The position numbers and the translations under genes were made by a program. Of a stretch of 64,000 nucleotides of DNA, positions 37,072-47,913 are shown piece after piece. Origin of the DNA: Tyzzerella sp. (GTDB lineage Bacteria; Bacillota; Clostridia; Lachnospirales; Lachnospiraceae); the NCBI GenBank assembly GCA_017410145.1, contig JAFQRJ010000006.1, positions 21,062-85,061 on the forward strand, read 5' to 3'. The notes under the pieces were generated by a model. That model made no database searches, was not told the DNA's origin, and saw only the letters and a list, made by a program, of their open reading frames with translations. Each line of letters starts with the position of its first letter. The stretch's first letter is position 1.

Positions 37072-39918
37072 ATGGATAACAAGAAATATATCAAAATACG
37101 TGGTGCTAATGAGCACAACTTGAAAAATATAGATATTGATATTCCACGTAATGAATTAGTCGTTTTGACAGGGCTTAGTGGTTCGGGTAAGTCATCCCTT
37201 GCCTTTGACACTATTTATGCGGAGGGGCAAAGAAGATACATGGAATCTTTGTCATCTTATGCGAGACAATTCCTCGGACAGATGGAAAAACCAAATGTGG
37301 AGAGTATAGAAGGCTTATCACCGGCTATCTCCATCGACCAGAAAACCACCAACCGCAACCCACGTTCTACGGTTGGTACGGTAACGGAAATTTATGATTA
37401 TTTCCGACTTCTTTACGCAAGAATCGGTATCCCACATTGTCCAAAATGCGGGAAGGAGATTAAGAAGCAGACGGTGGACCAGATGGTAGACCAGATTATG
37501 GAATTGCCGGAAGGGACAAAGGTTCAGCTTTTAGCACCGGTTGTGCGTGGCAAGAAAGGTCGTCATGAAAAGTTACTTGAGCGAGCTAAGAAAAGCGGTT
37601 ATGTACGTGTGCGTGTAGATGGGAACCTTTATGAATTAACAGAACAGATTACACTGGATAAGAATATCAAACACAATATTGAGATTATTGTGGACAGACT
37701 TGTGGTTCGTCCGGGGATAGAAAAGCGTATGACCGATTCCATTGAAAATGTTTTGGAACTTGCAGAGGGGCTTTTGGTGGTGGATGTGATTGGCGGTGAA
37801 CCAATTCAATTTAGCCAGAGCTTTTCTTGTCCGGATTGTGGTATCAGTGTGGATGAGATTGAACCAAGAACCTTTTCATTTAACAATCCTTTTGGAGCAT
37901 GTCCGGTATGTTTTGGTCTGGGACATAAGATGGAATTTGATATTGATTTGATGATTCCGGACCCAAGCCTTAGTATTGATGAAGGCGCTATTGTCGTGCT
38001 TGGATGGCAATCCAGTACAGATGAAAAAAGTTTCACAAGAGCCATTTTGAATGCCTTGGCTGAGGAATATCATTTCTCCCTTAGCACACCGTTTCAAGAG
38101 TATCCGGAGGATATTAAAAACATTCTCATTCATGGAACAAATGGGAAAACGGTAAAGGTACACTATGTGGGACAGCGAGGAGAAGGATTTTATGACATCG
38201 CCTTTGATGGTCTTGTTCGTAGTGTGGAACGACGTTATAGGGAAACTGCATCAGAGACCATGAAAGCAGAATATGAAACTTTCATGCGTATTACACCGTG
38301 TCACGAATGTGGAGGGCAGCGATTGAAGCAGAGTGCGTTGGCGGTTACAGTCGGCGGAAAGAATATTGCGGAGATTACCAATTTTTCCATAGAAAAGCTG
38401 GTACAATTTTTAGACGAATTACAATTGACAAAAACCCAGGAATTAATCGGGGAACAGATATTAAAGGAGATAAAAGCACGTCTACGTTTTTTGATGAATG
38501 TAGGTTTGGACTATCTGACACTCTCTCGTGCAACCGGCAGTTTATCCGGCGGAGAGGCACAGCGAATTCGCCTGGCAACTCAGATTGGGTCCGGATTGGT
38601 AGGTGTGGCTTATATATTGGATGAGCCGAGCATCGGTCTTCACCAAAGAGATAACGATAAATTGTTGGGCACACTGAAGCACCTTAGAGACTTGGGTAAT
38701 ACACTCATTGTGGTGGAGCATGATGAGGATACCATGATGGAAGCGGATTACATTGTGGATATTGGACCGGGAGCAGGAGAACATGGTGGCGAAGTGGTTG
38801 CAGCAGGAACTGCAAAAGAGATCATGGCTTGTGAGAATTCTATCACCGGTGCATATCTGAGCAGAAGGGTAAAGATCCCTGTACCCGAAACTCGAAAAGA
38901 GCCTAAGGGTTGGCTGACGGTGAAAGGTGCTGCGGAAAACAACTTAAAGAATATTGACGTGGATCTCCCATTGGGTGTGATGACTTGTGTGACAGGTGTA
39001 TCAGGCTCGGGGAAAAGTTCCCTTGTGAATGAGATTTTATATAAAGCACTTGCAAAGAAGTTGAATCGCGCCAGAACCATTCCGGGAAAGCACACTTGCA
39101 TTGAGGGCGTAGAACAACTGGATAAGGTGATAAATATCGACCAGTCACCGATTGGGAGAACCCCAAGGTCAAACCCTGCCACGTATACTGGAGTGTTTGA
39201 TATGATTCGTGATTTATTTGCTGCTACACCGGATGCGAAGGCAAAAGGATACAAAAAGGGCAGATTTAGCTTCAATGTGAAAGGTGGACGATGCGAAGCT
39301 TGTTCGGGTGACGGTATCTTAAAGATTGAAATGCATTTCCTACCGGATGTGTATGTGCCATGTGAGGTATGTGGCGGAAAGCGTTATAATCGGGAAACAT
39401 TAGAGGTAAAATATAAAGGGAAAAGCATTTATGATGTGCTGAATATGACGGTGGAAGAAGCTTTGGTATTTTTTGAGAACGTGCCAAGTATTCGCAGGAA
39501 GATCGAGACCTTGTACGATGTGGGACTTTCCTACATCCGTCTCGGACAGCCATCTACCACCTTATCCGGGGGAGAGGCGCAGCGTATCAAATTGGCTACA
39601 GAACTCAGCAGGAGAAGTACAGGAAAGACCATTTACATTTTAGACGAGCCTACAACAGGACTTCATTTTGCTGACGTGCATAAATTGACAGAGATTTTGA
39701 AACGTCTGACGGAAGACGGAAATACAGTGATTGTGATTGAACACAATCTGGATGTTATAAAAACAGCAGATTATATTATTGATATTGGACCGGAGGGTGG
39801 AGACAAAGGCGGAACAATCATTGCAAAGGGTACCCCGGAGGAAATCGCCGAGCATCCAAAATCATATACGGGCTATTATGTAAAACGTGAACTGTCTGTC
39901 AAGAAAAGTGAAAAATAA
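37072..39918 (+). CDS. uvrA: Excinuclease ABC subunit A
   Basis: Two ABC domains ([25 protein letters not shown]) and zinc fingers. Confidence 0.98.
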   Translation: MDNKKYIKIRGANEHNLKNIDIDIPRNELVVLTGLSGSGKSSLAFDTIYAEGQRRYMESLSSYARQFLGQMEKPNVESIEGLSPAISIDQKTTNRNPRSTVGTVTEIYDYFRLLYARIGIPHCPKCGKEIKKQTVDQMVDQIMELPEGTKVQLLAPVVRGKKGRHEKLLERAKKSGYVRVRVDGNLYELTEQITLDKNIKHNIEIIVDRLVVRPGIEKRMTDSIENVLELAEGLLVVDVIGGEPIQFSQSFSCPDCGISVDEIEPRTFSFNNPFGACPVCFGLGHKMEFDIDLMIPDPSLSIDEGAIVVLGWQSSTDEKSFTRAILNALAEEYHFSLSTPFQEYPEDIKNILIHGTNGKTVKVHYVGQRGEGFYDIAFDGLVRSVERRYRETASETMKAEYETFMRITPCHECGGQRLKQSALAVTVGGKNIAEITNFSIEKLVQFLDELQLTKTQELIGEQILKEIKARLRFLMNVGLDYLTLSRATGSLSGGEAQRIRLATQIGSGLVGVAYILDEPSIGLHQRDNDKLLGTLKHLRDLGNTLIVVEHDEDTMMEADYIVDIGPGAGEHGGEVVAAGTAKEIMACENSITGAYLSRRVKIPVPETRKEPKGWLTVKGAAENNLKNIDVDLPLGVMTCVTGVSGSGKSSLVNEILYKALAKKLNRARTIPGKHTCIEGVEQLDKVINIDQSPIGRTPRSNPATYTGVFDMIRDLFAATPDAKAKGYKKGRFSFNVKGGRCEACSGDGILKIEMHFLPDVYVPCEVCGGKRYNRETLEVKYKGKSIYDVLNMTVEEALVFFENVPSIRRKIETLYDVGLSYIRLGQPSTTLSGGEAQRIKLATELSRRSTGKTIYILDEPTTGLHFADVHKLTEILKRLTEDGNTVIVIEHNLDVIKTADYIIDIGPEGGDKGGTIIAKGTPEEIAEHPKSYTGYYVKRELSVKKSEK

Positions 39919-40024
39919 TAAAAAACTCTTTCCATTTATTAGAAATTCCATTATAATGTTAGAGACATTAGACTAGAGAACGAAAGATAACAGAATAGAT
40001 AAGAGTTGTGAAAGGAGAAATCAG

Positions 40025-41005
40025 ATGTCAGTCACAGATATCGGAATCGATTTAGGAACCGCCAGTGTATTGGTGTATGTAAAAGGAAAAGGTGTAGTAT
40101 TAAAAGAGCCTTCCGTAGTTGCATTTGACAGAGATACGAATGAAATCAAAGCAATTGGGGAAGATGCCAGACTAATGCTCGGTAGAACACCGGGTAACAT
40201 TGTTGCCATTAGACCATTAAGACAAGGTGTAATTTCGGATTATACTGTAACAGAAAAAATGATCAAATATTTTGTACAGAAGGCAGTAGGAATTCGTCTG
40301 TTTAAGAAACCACGTATTAGCATTTGTGTGCCAAGTGGTGTGACAGAAGTGGAAAAGAAAGCCGTTACAGAAGCAGGATATGCAGCTGGGGCAAGAGAGG
40401 TGCATTTGATTGAAGAACCGGTAGCGGCAGCTATTGGAGCAGGCATTGATATTGCGAAACCATGCGGTAACATGATTGTAGATATCGGTGGCGGTACAAC
40501 AGATGTTGCAGTTATCTCACTTGGAGGTACGGTAGTTAATACGTCCCTTAAAGTTGCCGGTGATGACTTCGATGAAGCAATCGTGCGTTATATGCGTAAG
40601 AAACACAATTTATTGATTGGTGAACGTACTGCAGAAGATATCAAGATTAAAATTGGTACAACCTATCCATTAGTTGAAGATATGGTAATGGAAGTACGTG
40701 GGCGTAACCTCGTAACAGGACTTCCGAAGACTGTTACAGTTTCTTCTTCAGAAACAGAAGAAGCGCTTCGCGAAACAACAGCGCAGATTGTAGAAGCAGT
40801 AATTGCTGTACTAGAGAGAACTCCACCGGAGTTATCGGCAGATATTTTGGATAGAGGTATTGTTCTAACAGGTGGTGGTGCATTGCTTCGCGGATTGGAA
40901 GAGTTGATCGAAGAAAAAACCGGAATTAACACGATGACGGCAGAAGATCCAATGAAAGTTGTTGCGATTGGAACCGGTCAGTTTGTAGAATTTATGGGTA
41001 AATAG
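40025..41005 (+). CDS. MreB/Mbl-family actin-like rod shape-determining protein
   Basis: IGIDLGTA, EPSVVA, VPSGVTEVE, VDIGGGTT, LTGGGALL. Confidence 0.95.
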   Translation: MSVTDIGIDLGTASVLVYVKGKGVVLKEPSVVAFDRDTNEIKAIGEDARLMLGRTPGNIVAIRPLRQGVISDYTVTEKMIKYFVQKAVGIRLFKKPRISICVPSGVTEVEKKAVTEAGYAAGAREVHLIEEPVAAAIGAGIDIAKPCGNMIVDIGGGTTDVAVISLGGTVVNTSLKVAGDDFDEAIVRYMRKKHNLLIGERTAEDIKIKIGTTYPLVEDMVMEVRGRNLVTGLPKTVTVSSSETEEALRETTAQIVEAVIAVLERTPPELSADILDRGIVLTGGGALLRGLEELIEEKTGINTMTAEDPMKVVAIGTGQFVEFMGK

Positions 41006-41064
41006 GAATGTAGGGGCTGTCTTTTGAAAAGAGGAGCCCCTCTTTGCGTAAAGGAGGAAATGTT

Positions 41065-43278
41065 TTGGAAACAGTAAAAGGCTATGTGGAGCATATCGTC
41101 TTTCGAAATGGAGATAATGGCTATACCGTATTCCACTTGACAACTGAAGATGGAGAACTAACCTGTGTAGGAACATTTCCGTACATAAGTGAAGGGGAAT
41201 TGTTAGATGTTTCCGGAGAGTACATCACACACAATGTTTATGGTTTGCAATTACAGGTGTCCGAACATGAAGTGCTTGAACCGGAAGATTTAGTGTCTAT
41301 AGAACGTTATCTGGGTTCAGGAGCCATTAAAGGTTTGGGAGCAGTTCTTGCAGGTAGAATTGTACGTAGATTTAAAGGAGATACATTCCGAATTATTGAG
41401 GAAGAACCGGAGAGATTGGCAGAAGTAAGTGGAATCAGTGAGCGCAAGGCGCGAGAGATTGCTGTGCAGGTATATGAGAAGAAAGATATGCGAAAAGCAA
41501 TGATTTATTTACAGAAATTCGGGATTACGTTGGCTCTTGCTGCAAAGATTTATGCACAGTTCGGCCAAGAGGTATATCGGGCACTGGAAGAAAATCCATA
41601 CCAGATCGCAGATCGTATTCCGGGTGTCGGTTTCAAAACTGCCGATGAGATAGCAAGAAGAATCGGAATTCATACCGATTCGGATTATCGAATTCGCAGT
41701 GGTCTTTTCTATGTGCTTTTGCAGGCCACAGCAGATGGGCATGTCTATTTGCCGGAAGCAGAACTTCTGTATCGGACAAAAGAACTTTTGGAAATTGAGA
41801 TTGGTGATCTTTCCAAGTATTTAATGGATTTGTCCATGGAAAGAAAAATCATTGTAAAAGACAAAGAAGATGGAAGAAGGATTTATCCGGCACAATACTA
41901 TTACATGGAACTGACTACAGCGAAAATGTTACATGATTTAAATGTGAACTATGAGATTGCGGATGTAGTGATTGAAAAACGTTTGAGCCAGATTGAGAAA
42001 AATGCGAATCTGGAGCTGGATGACATGCAACGTCAGGCGGTGATAGCGGCAGTGCGGCATGGTGTGCTGGTATTAACCGGAGGACCGGGCACCGGAAAGA
42101 CCACAACAATTAATGCTATGATTCGGTTTTTTGAAAGCGAAGGAATGGATATTTATCTGGCGGCGCCGACCGGAAGAGCAGCAAAACGAATGACTGAAGC
42201 AACCGGCTATGAGGCAAGAACCGTTCATCGAATGCTGGAACTTGGCTATGTACCGGAGGGGGATGATAATCGCATGCATTATGGGAAAAACGAGGAGAAT
42301 CCGCTGGAAGCAGATGTGATTATTGTTGATGAGATGTCTATGGTTGACCTTCCGTTGATGAATGTGTTATTGCGGGCTATTGTAGTTGGAACCAAATTGA
42401 TTCTAGTAGGAGACAAAGACCAACTGCCGTCAGTAGGTCCGGGAAGTGTATTGAAGGATTTGATTGAATCCCACTGTTTTCCGGTTGTCACATTGAATAA
42501 GATTTTCAGACAGGCAGAAGAAAGCGATATTGTCGTAAATGCACATAAAATTAATCGGGGAGAAGAAGTGATTTTAGACAATAAGAGCAAGGATTTCTTC
42601 TTTTTAAAGCGAAATGATGCCAACACCATTATTAGTGTGTTGCTGACTTTGATTCAGAAAAAATTGCCAAAGTATGTGGATGCCACGGTTTTTGATATTC
42701 AGGTTTTAACACCCATGCGAAAAGGGTTGTTAGGAGTGGAGCGGTTAAATTCCATTCTGCAACAGTATTTAAATCCTGCGGATCCGAAGAAAACGGAGAA
42801 AGAATATGGGGACAAGGTATTTCGCGTAGGTGATAAGGTCATGCAGATAAAGAACAATTATGAGTTGGAGTGGGAAATTACTACAAAGTATGGTCTGGTG
42901 GTTGACAATGGGGTAGGCGTTTTCAATGGAGATATTGGAAGGATTACGGAAATCAACACCTATGCAGAGACAGTAGAAGTTGAATTTGAAGAAAAGAAAA
43001 AAGTGAGATATCCGTTTGAATTATTAGAGGAGTTGGAGCTTGCCTATGCAGTGACAATTCATAAATCCCAGGGAAGTGAATATCCGGCAGTAGTGATTCC
43101 ACTTCTACAGGGACCGCGCCAGTTGTATCACCGAAACTTGATTTATACGGCAGTGACCAGGGCGAGGAAATGCGTAACTCTGGTAGGGAGCGATGTTACA
43201 TTCCAGGAAATGATTTGCAATGTGAATGAGAACAATCGATATACAAGCCTGGCAGAACAACTTATGGAATTGCAATAG
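41065..43278 (+). CDS. recD2: RecD2 (RecD-like) DNA helicase
   Basis: HhH N-terminal region, TGGPGTGKTT, APTGRAAKR, DEMSM, GDKDQLPSVG, YAVTIHKSQGSEY; TTG start after AGGAGG. Confidence 0.93.
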   Translation: METVKGYVEHIVFRNGDNGYTVFHLTTEDGELTCVGTFPYISEGELLDVSGEYITHNVYGLQLQVSEHEVLEPEDLVSIERYLGSGAIKGLGAVLAGRIVRRFKGDTFRIIEEEPERLAEVSGISERKAREIAVQVYEKKDMRKAMIYLQKFGITLALAAKIYAQFGQEVYRALEENPYQIADRIPGVGFKTADEIARRIGIHTDSDYRIRSGLFYVLLQATADGHVYLPEAELLYRTKELLEIEIGDLSKYLMDLSMERKIIVKDKEDGRRIYPAQYYYMELTTAKMLHDLNVNYEIADVVIEKRLSQIEKNANLELDDMQRQAVIAAVRHGVLVLTGGPGTGKTTTINAMIRFFESEGMDIYLAAPTGRAAKRMTEATGYEARTVHRMLELGYVPEGDDNRMHYGKNEENPLEADVIIVDEMSMVDLPLMNVLLRAIVVGTKLILVGDKDQLPSVGPGSVLKDLIESHCFPVVTLNKIFRQAEESDIVVNAHKINRGEEVILDNKSKDFFFLKRNDANTIISVLLTLIQKKLPKYVDATVFDIQVLTPMRKGLLGVERLNSILQQYLNPADPKKTEKEYGDKVFRVGDKVMQIKNNYELEWEITTKYGLVVDNGVGVFNGDIGRITEINTYAETVEVEFEEKKKVRYPFELLEELELAYAVTIHKSQGSEYPAVVIPLLQGPRQLYHRNLIYTAVTRARKCVTLVGSDVTFQEMICNVNENNRYTSLAEQLMELQ

Positions 43279-43295
43279 AGAGTCTAAGAGAATAT

Positions 43296-44000
43296 ATGAA
43301 TTTAATTGAAAAGTGTTTGGGGGTATTGTATCCTCAAACATGTTGTTTTTGTGGAAAAGTAAGCAAAGAACACATTTGTAAAGAATGTAGTGAAAAAATC
43401 ACATATCTTGAAGAACCGGTTTGCAAGAAGTGTGGGAAACCGATTCGGTATGAGGAACAGGAATATTGTAGCGATTGTCAAAATACTGTATTTTTCTACG
43501 AACAGGGGAAAAGTGTATGGTTACATACGGGTTCTGTTCGTTGGTCTGTTTATCAGTTTAAATATCATAATCGTAGGATTTACGGAAAGTTTTATGCACA
43601 GGAGCTTTTTCGCTTATATGGGAAGTGGATCCGGGAAAATAAAATAGATGTCATTATCCCGATTCCTTTGCACAAGAAAAGAAAAAGGAAGAGGGGATAT
43701 AATCAATCAGAGGTTATTGCACGGCACTTGGGAAAACTTTTGAATCTTCCTGTAAATGCCAGAGCAGTCGTACGTGTGCGAAATACGAAGCCCCAAAAGG
43801 AACTTAGCCACAAAGAGAGAACACGCAATTTAAGGGATGCTTTTCGTGTGACAAAGTATTGGAATGAAAGAGGCAACGTGCTTTTAATTGATGATATCTA
43901 TACAACGGGTAACACCGTGGATTCTGTGGCAAAATTATTGCGGCAAAAAGGTGCTAATAAAGTATGGTTTTTAACCATAAGTATTGGACAAGGTTTTTAG
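43296..44000 (+). CDS. ComF/ComFC family protein (double zinc ribbon + PRTase)
   Basis: CxxC pairs, IPIPLH, RGYNQS, LLIDDIYTTG. Confidence 0.92.
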   Translation: MNLIEKCLGVLYPQTCCFCGKVSKEHICKECSEKITYLEEPVCKKCGKPIRYEEQEYCSDCQNTVFFYEQGKSVWLHTGSVRWSVYQFKYHNRRIYGKFYAQELFRLYGKWIRENKIDVIIPIPLHKKRKRKRGYNQSEVIARHLGKLLNLPVNARAVVRVRNTKPQKELSHKERTRNLRDAFRVTKYWNERGNVLLIDDIYTTGNTVDSVAKLLRQKGANKVWFLTISIGQGF

Positions 44001-44061
44001 AAATGTGATATACTAAGAATGTTATATTGGGAGTAGTATGTTATATACAGAGGTGACTTTT

Positions 44062-44472
44062 ATGCTGAATGAAGAACGTGTAAAACATATGATTAAGCTT
44101 GCCGATTATGAAACAAAAGGCGGCAAGGAAGAATTGAAAATCAGTTCTTATTTCAAGAAAGATTATATAAGCATGAATACCATGTGGACATTACTGTGGA
44201 TGACAGTTGCATATGCGCTTGTAGTGATGACAGTCTGGCTGGCATTGCGAGAACTTGTGACGGTGGAACTGAATCAGATACAAGTACTGTCTCTGGTGAT
44301 TTTAATTGCAACTATCTATCTTGCACTATTTATTACATACCTGGTTAAAGCAAGAAGATATTATAAGAGAAAACATGCCCGTGCATATCATCGTGTAAAA
44401 AAATTTAAGGAAAACCTGATGGTCTTAGAGCGAATATACGAGAAGGAGGACCAAGATGCAGAAACTATTTGA
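44062..44472 (+). CDS. Hypothetical 2-TM membrane protein
   Basis: RBS GAGGTG; two TM segments; overlaps next gene. Confidence 0.7.
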   Translation: MLNEERVKHMIKLADYETKGGKEELKISSYFKKDYISMNTMWTLLWMTVAYALVVMTVWLALRELVTVELNQIQVLSLVILIATIYLALFITYLVKARRYYKRKHARAYHRVKKFKENLMVLERIYEKEDQDAETI

Positions 44473-45493
44473 AATGAAAGGATACTTAACAAAGTACTAT
44501 GCAAAATATTCTAAAATCGTGGATAAGGCGATACAGTTTGTTCTGGCATTATTGACATTTACATTTATCAATCAAAATGTTGGATTTTCAGAAATTATCG
44601 CGAATCCGATTATGACCATTGTATTGTCTTTGATTTGCATGTTGCTACCTAGGATGATGATTGTGGTTTTAGCTACAATCGTGGCTACCATCCAGGTGGT
44701 AACAGTGTCAGTCGGAATGGCCATTGTTTTTTTGATTTTATTTGTTGTGTTATACGCATTTTATTTCCGCTTTGCCGCAGGCAAGTCATTGATTTTATTG
44801 CTGACACCAATCGCGTTTATGTTGCGGATACCGGTTGTAATTCCAATCGTATTTGGGTTGGTTGGCAGTCCGATTTGTATCTTACCGGTTACTGCGGGTG
44901 CCTTGATTTATTACATGATTGACTATGTCAGAATGAATGGAAGTTTGTTTGCTTCTGTTGGTGAGATGGATTTATTGACACAGATTGGTACATATGTACA
45001 GGCAATCTTCGCAAACCGAGAAATGTGGTGCGTGATTATTGCATTTGCGGTGTGTTTGCTTTTGGTGTATAGCGTGAGAAGATTGTCAGTTGACTATGCT
45101 TGGGAAATCGCAATTATTGCAGGTACGCTCGGAAACATTAACGTAATGGCATATGGATATATCGTAATGGATATACAGCTTTCTTATGTATCTCTGATTG
45201 TGGGAAGCCTGGTGGCAATTCTGATTGCATTGCTTCTCAAATTCCTTGTATTTTCCGTGGATTATACGAGGACGGAGTATTTACAGTTTGAAGATGATGA
45301 ATACTACTATTATGTAAAGGCAGTGCCAAAGGCAGCAGTAGCAATTCCGGAAAAGACTGTAAAACACATTCATGAACGTCAAAAAACAGGCATGATTGAT
45401 GCGGAGAGAGTTGTAGAATTAGAAACAATGTCGAAAAGCAATGACGATGATTCGGAAATTCAAAGAATCATAGATGAGGAATTAAAAAACTAG
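44456..45493 (+). CDS. Hypothetical polytopic membrane protein
   Basis: Many TM segments; C-terminal DYTRTEYLQFEDDEYYYYVKAVPK. Confidence 0.75.
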   Translation: MQKLFEMKGYLTKYYAKYSKIVDKAIQFVLALLTFTFINQNVGFSEIIANPIMTIVLSLICMLLPRMMIVVLATIVATIQVVTVSVGMAIVFLILFVVLYAFYFRFAAGKSLILLLTPIAFMLRIPVVIPIVFGLVGSPICILPVTAGALIYYMIDYVRMNGSLFASVGEMDLLTQIGTYVQAIFANREMWCVIIAFAVCLLLVYSVRRLSVDYAWEIAIIAGTLGNINVMAYGYIVMDIQLSYVSLIVGSLVAILIALLLKFLVFSVDYTRTEYLQFEDDEYYYYVKAVPKAAVAIPEKTVKHIHERQKTGMIDAERVVELETMSKSNDDDSEIQRIIDEELKN

Positions 45494-45514
45494 AAAATAC
45501 ATGGAGGTGACAGG

Positions 45515-46411
45515 ATGGGAGAAAGTATTCGAAATCTTTTGAATACGTATCTAGACGATTGGTATTGGCCGGATATGAGAATAACAGATTTAATCGAGAT
45601 TCTGATTATTGCGTTTTTGGTGTATTATATCATCGTTTGGATTAAAAATACAAAAGCATGGATGTTGCTCAAGGGGATTGCTGTATTAGCAGTCTTTATC
45701 CTGCTTGCAGCTATCTTAAAGATGAACACCATTTTGTGGTTGGCAAAGAATTCCATCAGTGTATTGGCTACAGCAGCAGTGATTGTATTCCAGCCTGAAC
45801 TTCGAAGGGCATTGGAAAAGTTGGGGCAGAAGGATTTCTTAAATGCAATTACACTTTTTGAAAAGAACAGAGAGCCGGAACGATTTAGCGAGAAAACGGT
45901 AGATGCCATAGTGGCAGCCTGTTATGAGATGAGCAAGGTGAAAACAGGGGCATTGATAGTTGTGGAACGAGATATCATGTTGACAGAGTATCAGCATACA
46001 GGTATTGAGTTGGATAGTATCGTTTCAGAACAGATTTTGATTAATATTTTTGAACATAACACACCACTTCATGATGGTGCTGTTATTGTGCGTGGAGACA
46101 GAATTGTGGCAGCAACTTGCTATTTGCCGTTATCTGAGAACATGGGATTGAGCAAACAACTGGGCACGAGACATCGCGCGGCAGTTGGCATGAGCGAAGT
46201 GAGTGATGCCATGGTTATCTGTGTTTCCGAGGAATCCGGAAACGTGTCATATGCAATCGGCGGTCATATTGCCCGGGATGTTTCAGAAGAGCATCTTAGA
46301 GAGCAGTTGATACAATTGAAAAGCAGAGTAAGAACAGAGGAAGTAAGCAGGAAGTTCATATTGAAGAAAGGAAGACGCAAAGATGACAATGAAGGACAAA
46401 TGGAAGAATAA
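45515..46411 (+). CDS. cdaA: Diadenylate cyclase CdaA/DacA
   Basis: Three N-terminal TMs, FQPELRRALE, TPLHDGAV (DGA), LGTRHRAA (RHR). Confidence 0.95.
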   Translation: MGESIRNLLNTYLDDWYWPDMRITDLIEILIIAFLVYYIIVWIKNTKAWMLLKGIAVLAVFILLAAILKMNTILWLAKNSISVLATAAVIVFQPELRRALEKLGQKDFLNAITLFEKNREPERFSEKTVDAIVAACYEMSKVKTGALIVVERDIMLTEYQHTGIELDSIVSEQILINIFEHNTPLHDGAVIVRGDRIVAATCYLPLSENMGLSKQLGTRHRAAVGMSEVSDAMVICVSEESGNVSYAIGGHIARDVSEEHLREQLIQLKSRVRTEEVSRKFILKKGRRKDDNEGQMEE

Positions 46412-47630
46412 TCTTGGCCTTAAAATACTGGCGGTATTATTTGCGATTTTCCTATGGTGGATGGTTGTAAATATAGATGATCCGATGGATAAAAAGTCAT
46501 TTATAGTTGATGTTACTGTTACAAATCCTGAAGTCATTACAAACGCGGGAAAAAGTTACCAGATTATTGATGACACCAAAAATATTTCTGTAACAGTAAA
46601 AGCAAGACGAAAAGTATTGGATGAAATTAAAAAGAGACACATTGTTGCAACAGCGGATTTGCGTGAAATGCAGGACACATCTGTGCCAATTCGTGTAAGC
46701 GTAGCCGGATTTGAAGGTGATTATGAAGAAATTACGGCGAATCCAAGAAACATACAAGTAAAAGTAGAAAACACGCAGAAGAAGACATTTCCAATTACTA
46801 CCGTTGCTGTAGGTGTTCCACGTGATGGTTATGTTGTGGGCATCATGACCGCTTCTCCAAAGACCGTTGATATCAGTGGACCGGAATCGTCTATTGCAAA
46901 AATCAGCAAAGTTGTTGCAAAAGTAGATGTAAGTGAAATGGCGGCAGATGCCTCTGTGCAGACACAATTAATATACTATGATGCTGCGGATAATCTGATT
47001 GATAAGACCTTATTAACCAGCAATTGTGATAAGAATGGCGTATCTGTTACAGTTGACATATGGAAAACAAAAGAGTTGACTTTAAAATTTGACACATCAG
47101 GGATTCGGGCGGCAGAAGGTTTCGTGTTTACGGGCATAGAAGTGGAACCGCAGGCTGTTGAAGTGGCCGGAAATCCGGAGATTTTGCGAGGTATGACAGA
47201 ACTTGCAATTGATAAAAAAGCACTTGAAAAATCAGAAATGACAGAGAGTGAGGAAGTTATCGTAGATATCAAAGCATATTTGCCGGAAGGAGTATCTTTG
47301 GCAGATGCAGATGCGGCAAGTGTGGTAGTACGAATTATTTTGGAAAAGGCAGGAACGAAAACTCTACGATTGCCAACAGGGTCTATCACTGTGTTGAACG
47401 CTGCGGAAAATCTGCAGCTTGCATACGAAGACCTGGAAGTAGAGCTGACATTCTCCGGTTCAAATGAGAATCTGGAGAAACTGACCAGCGAGACCATTCT
47501 TGCGTCCATTGACTTAAAAGAATGTACAGAAGAGGGCACATATACTGTCCCGGTTAAGGTGATGGAATTGCCAAGTGGATGTACGTATACACAAGTCTGT
47601 GAAGTAAAGATTGAATTAACAAAAAAATAG
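46383..47630 (+). CDS. cdaR: CdaR/YbbR-domain regulator
   Basis: NNLGLKILAVLFAIFLW TM followed by repeated YbbR-like beta domains; overlaps cdaA. Confidence 0.88.
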   Translation: MTMKDKWKNNLGLKILAVLFAIFLWWMVVNIDDPMDKKSFIVDVTVTNPEVITNAGKSYQIIDDTKNISVTVKARRKVLDEIKKRHIVATADLREMQDTSVPIRVSVAGFEGDYEEITANPRNIQVKVENTQKKTFPITTVAVGVPRDGYVVGIMTASPKTVDISGPESSIAKISKVVAKVDVSEMAADASVQTQLIYYDAADNLIDKTLLTSNCDKNGVSVTVDIWKTKELTLKFDTSGIRAAEGFVFTGIEVEPQAVEVAGNPEILRGMTELAIDKKALEKSEMTESEEVIVDIKAYLPEGVSLADADAASVVVRIILEKAGTKTLRLPTGSITVLNAAENLQLAYEDLEVELTFSGSNENLEKLTSETILASIDLKECTEEGTYTVPVKVMELPSGCTYTQVCEVKIELTKK

Positions 47631-47643
47631 GAGGTTACTACCC

Positions 47644-47907
47644 TTGGTAACACAAAAAACAACCATAAAAAATCCTACAGGGCTACATTTGCGCCCTGCA
47701 GGTCTGTTCTGCAAAACAGCAGTTCAGTTTAAAAGCAAAATCACATTTCAACACAAGGATACAACGGCGAATGCAAAAAGTGTTCTGAGCGTGCTGGGAG
47801 CTTGTATAAAGGCAGGAGATGAAATAGAAATCATCTGCGAAGGAGAGGACGAGCAAAAGGCACTTGTAGCCATGTTGGAGATTATAGAAGACGGATTAGG
47901 AGAGTGA
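47644..47907 (+). CDS. HPr phosphocarrier protein
   Basis: GLHLRPA (His15), NAKSVLSV (Ser46), GEDE; TTG start after GGAGGT. Confidence 0.92.
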   Translation: MVTQKTTIKNPTGLHLRPAGLFCKTAVQFKSKITFQHKDTTANAKSVLSVLGACIKAGDEIEIICEGEDEQKALVAMLEIIEDGLGE

Positions 47908-47913
47908 CATAAG

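Noticed and set aside
38748-39275. Long antisense ORFs (e.g. 38748-39275, 46976-47662, 52603-53109)
   Set aside because: Shadows of well-supported genes on the opposite strand, with no recognisable motifs
40025-44000. mreB-like, recD2 and comF as a novel DNA-uptake module
   Set aside because: Ordinary clostridial gene order made of well-known families
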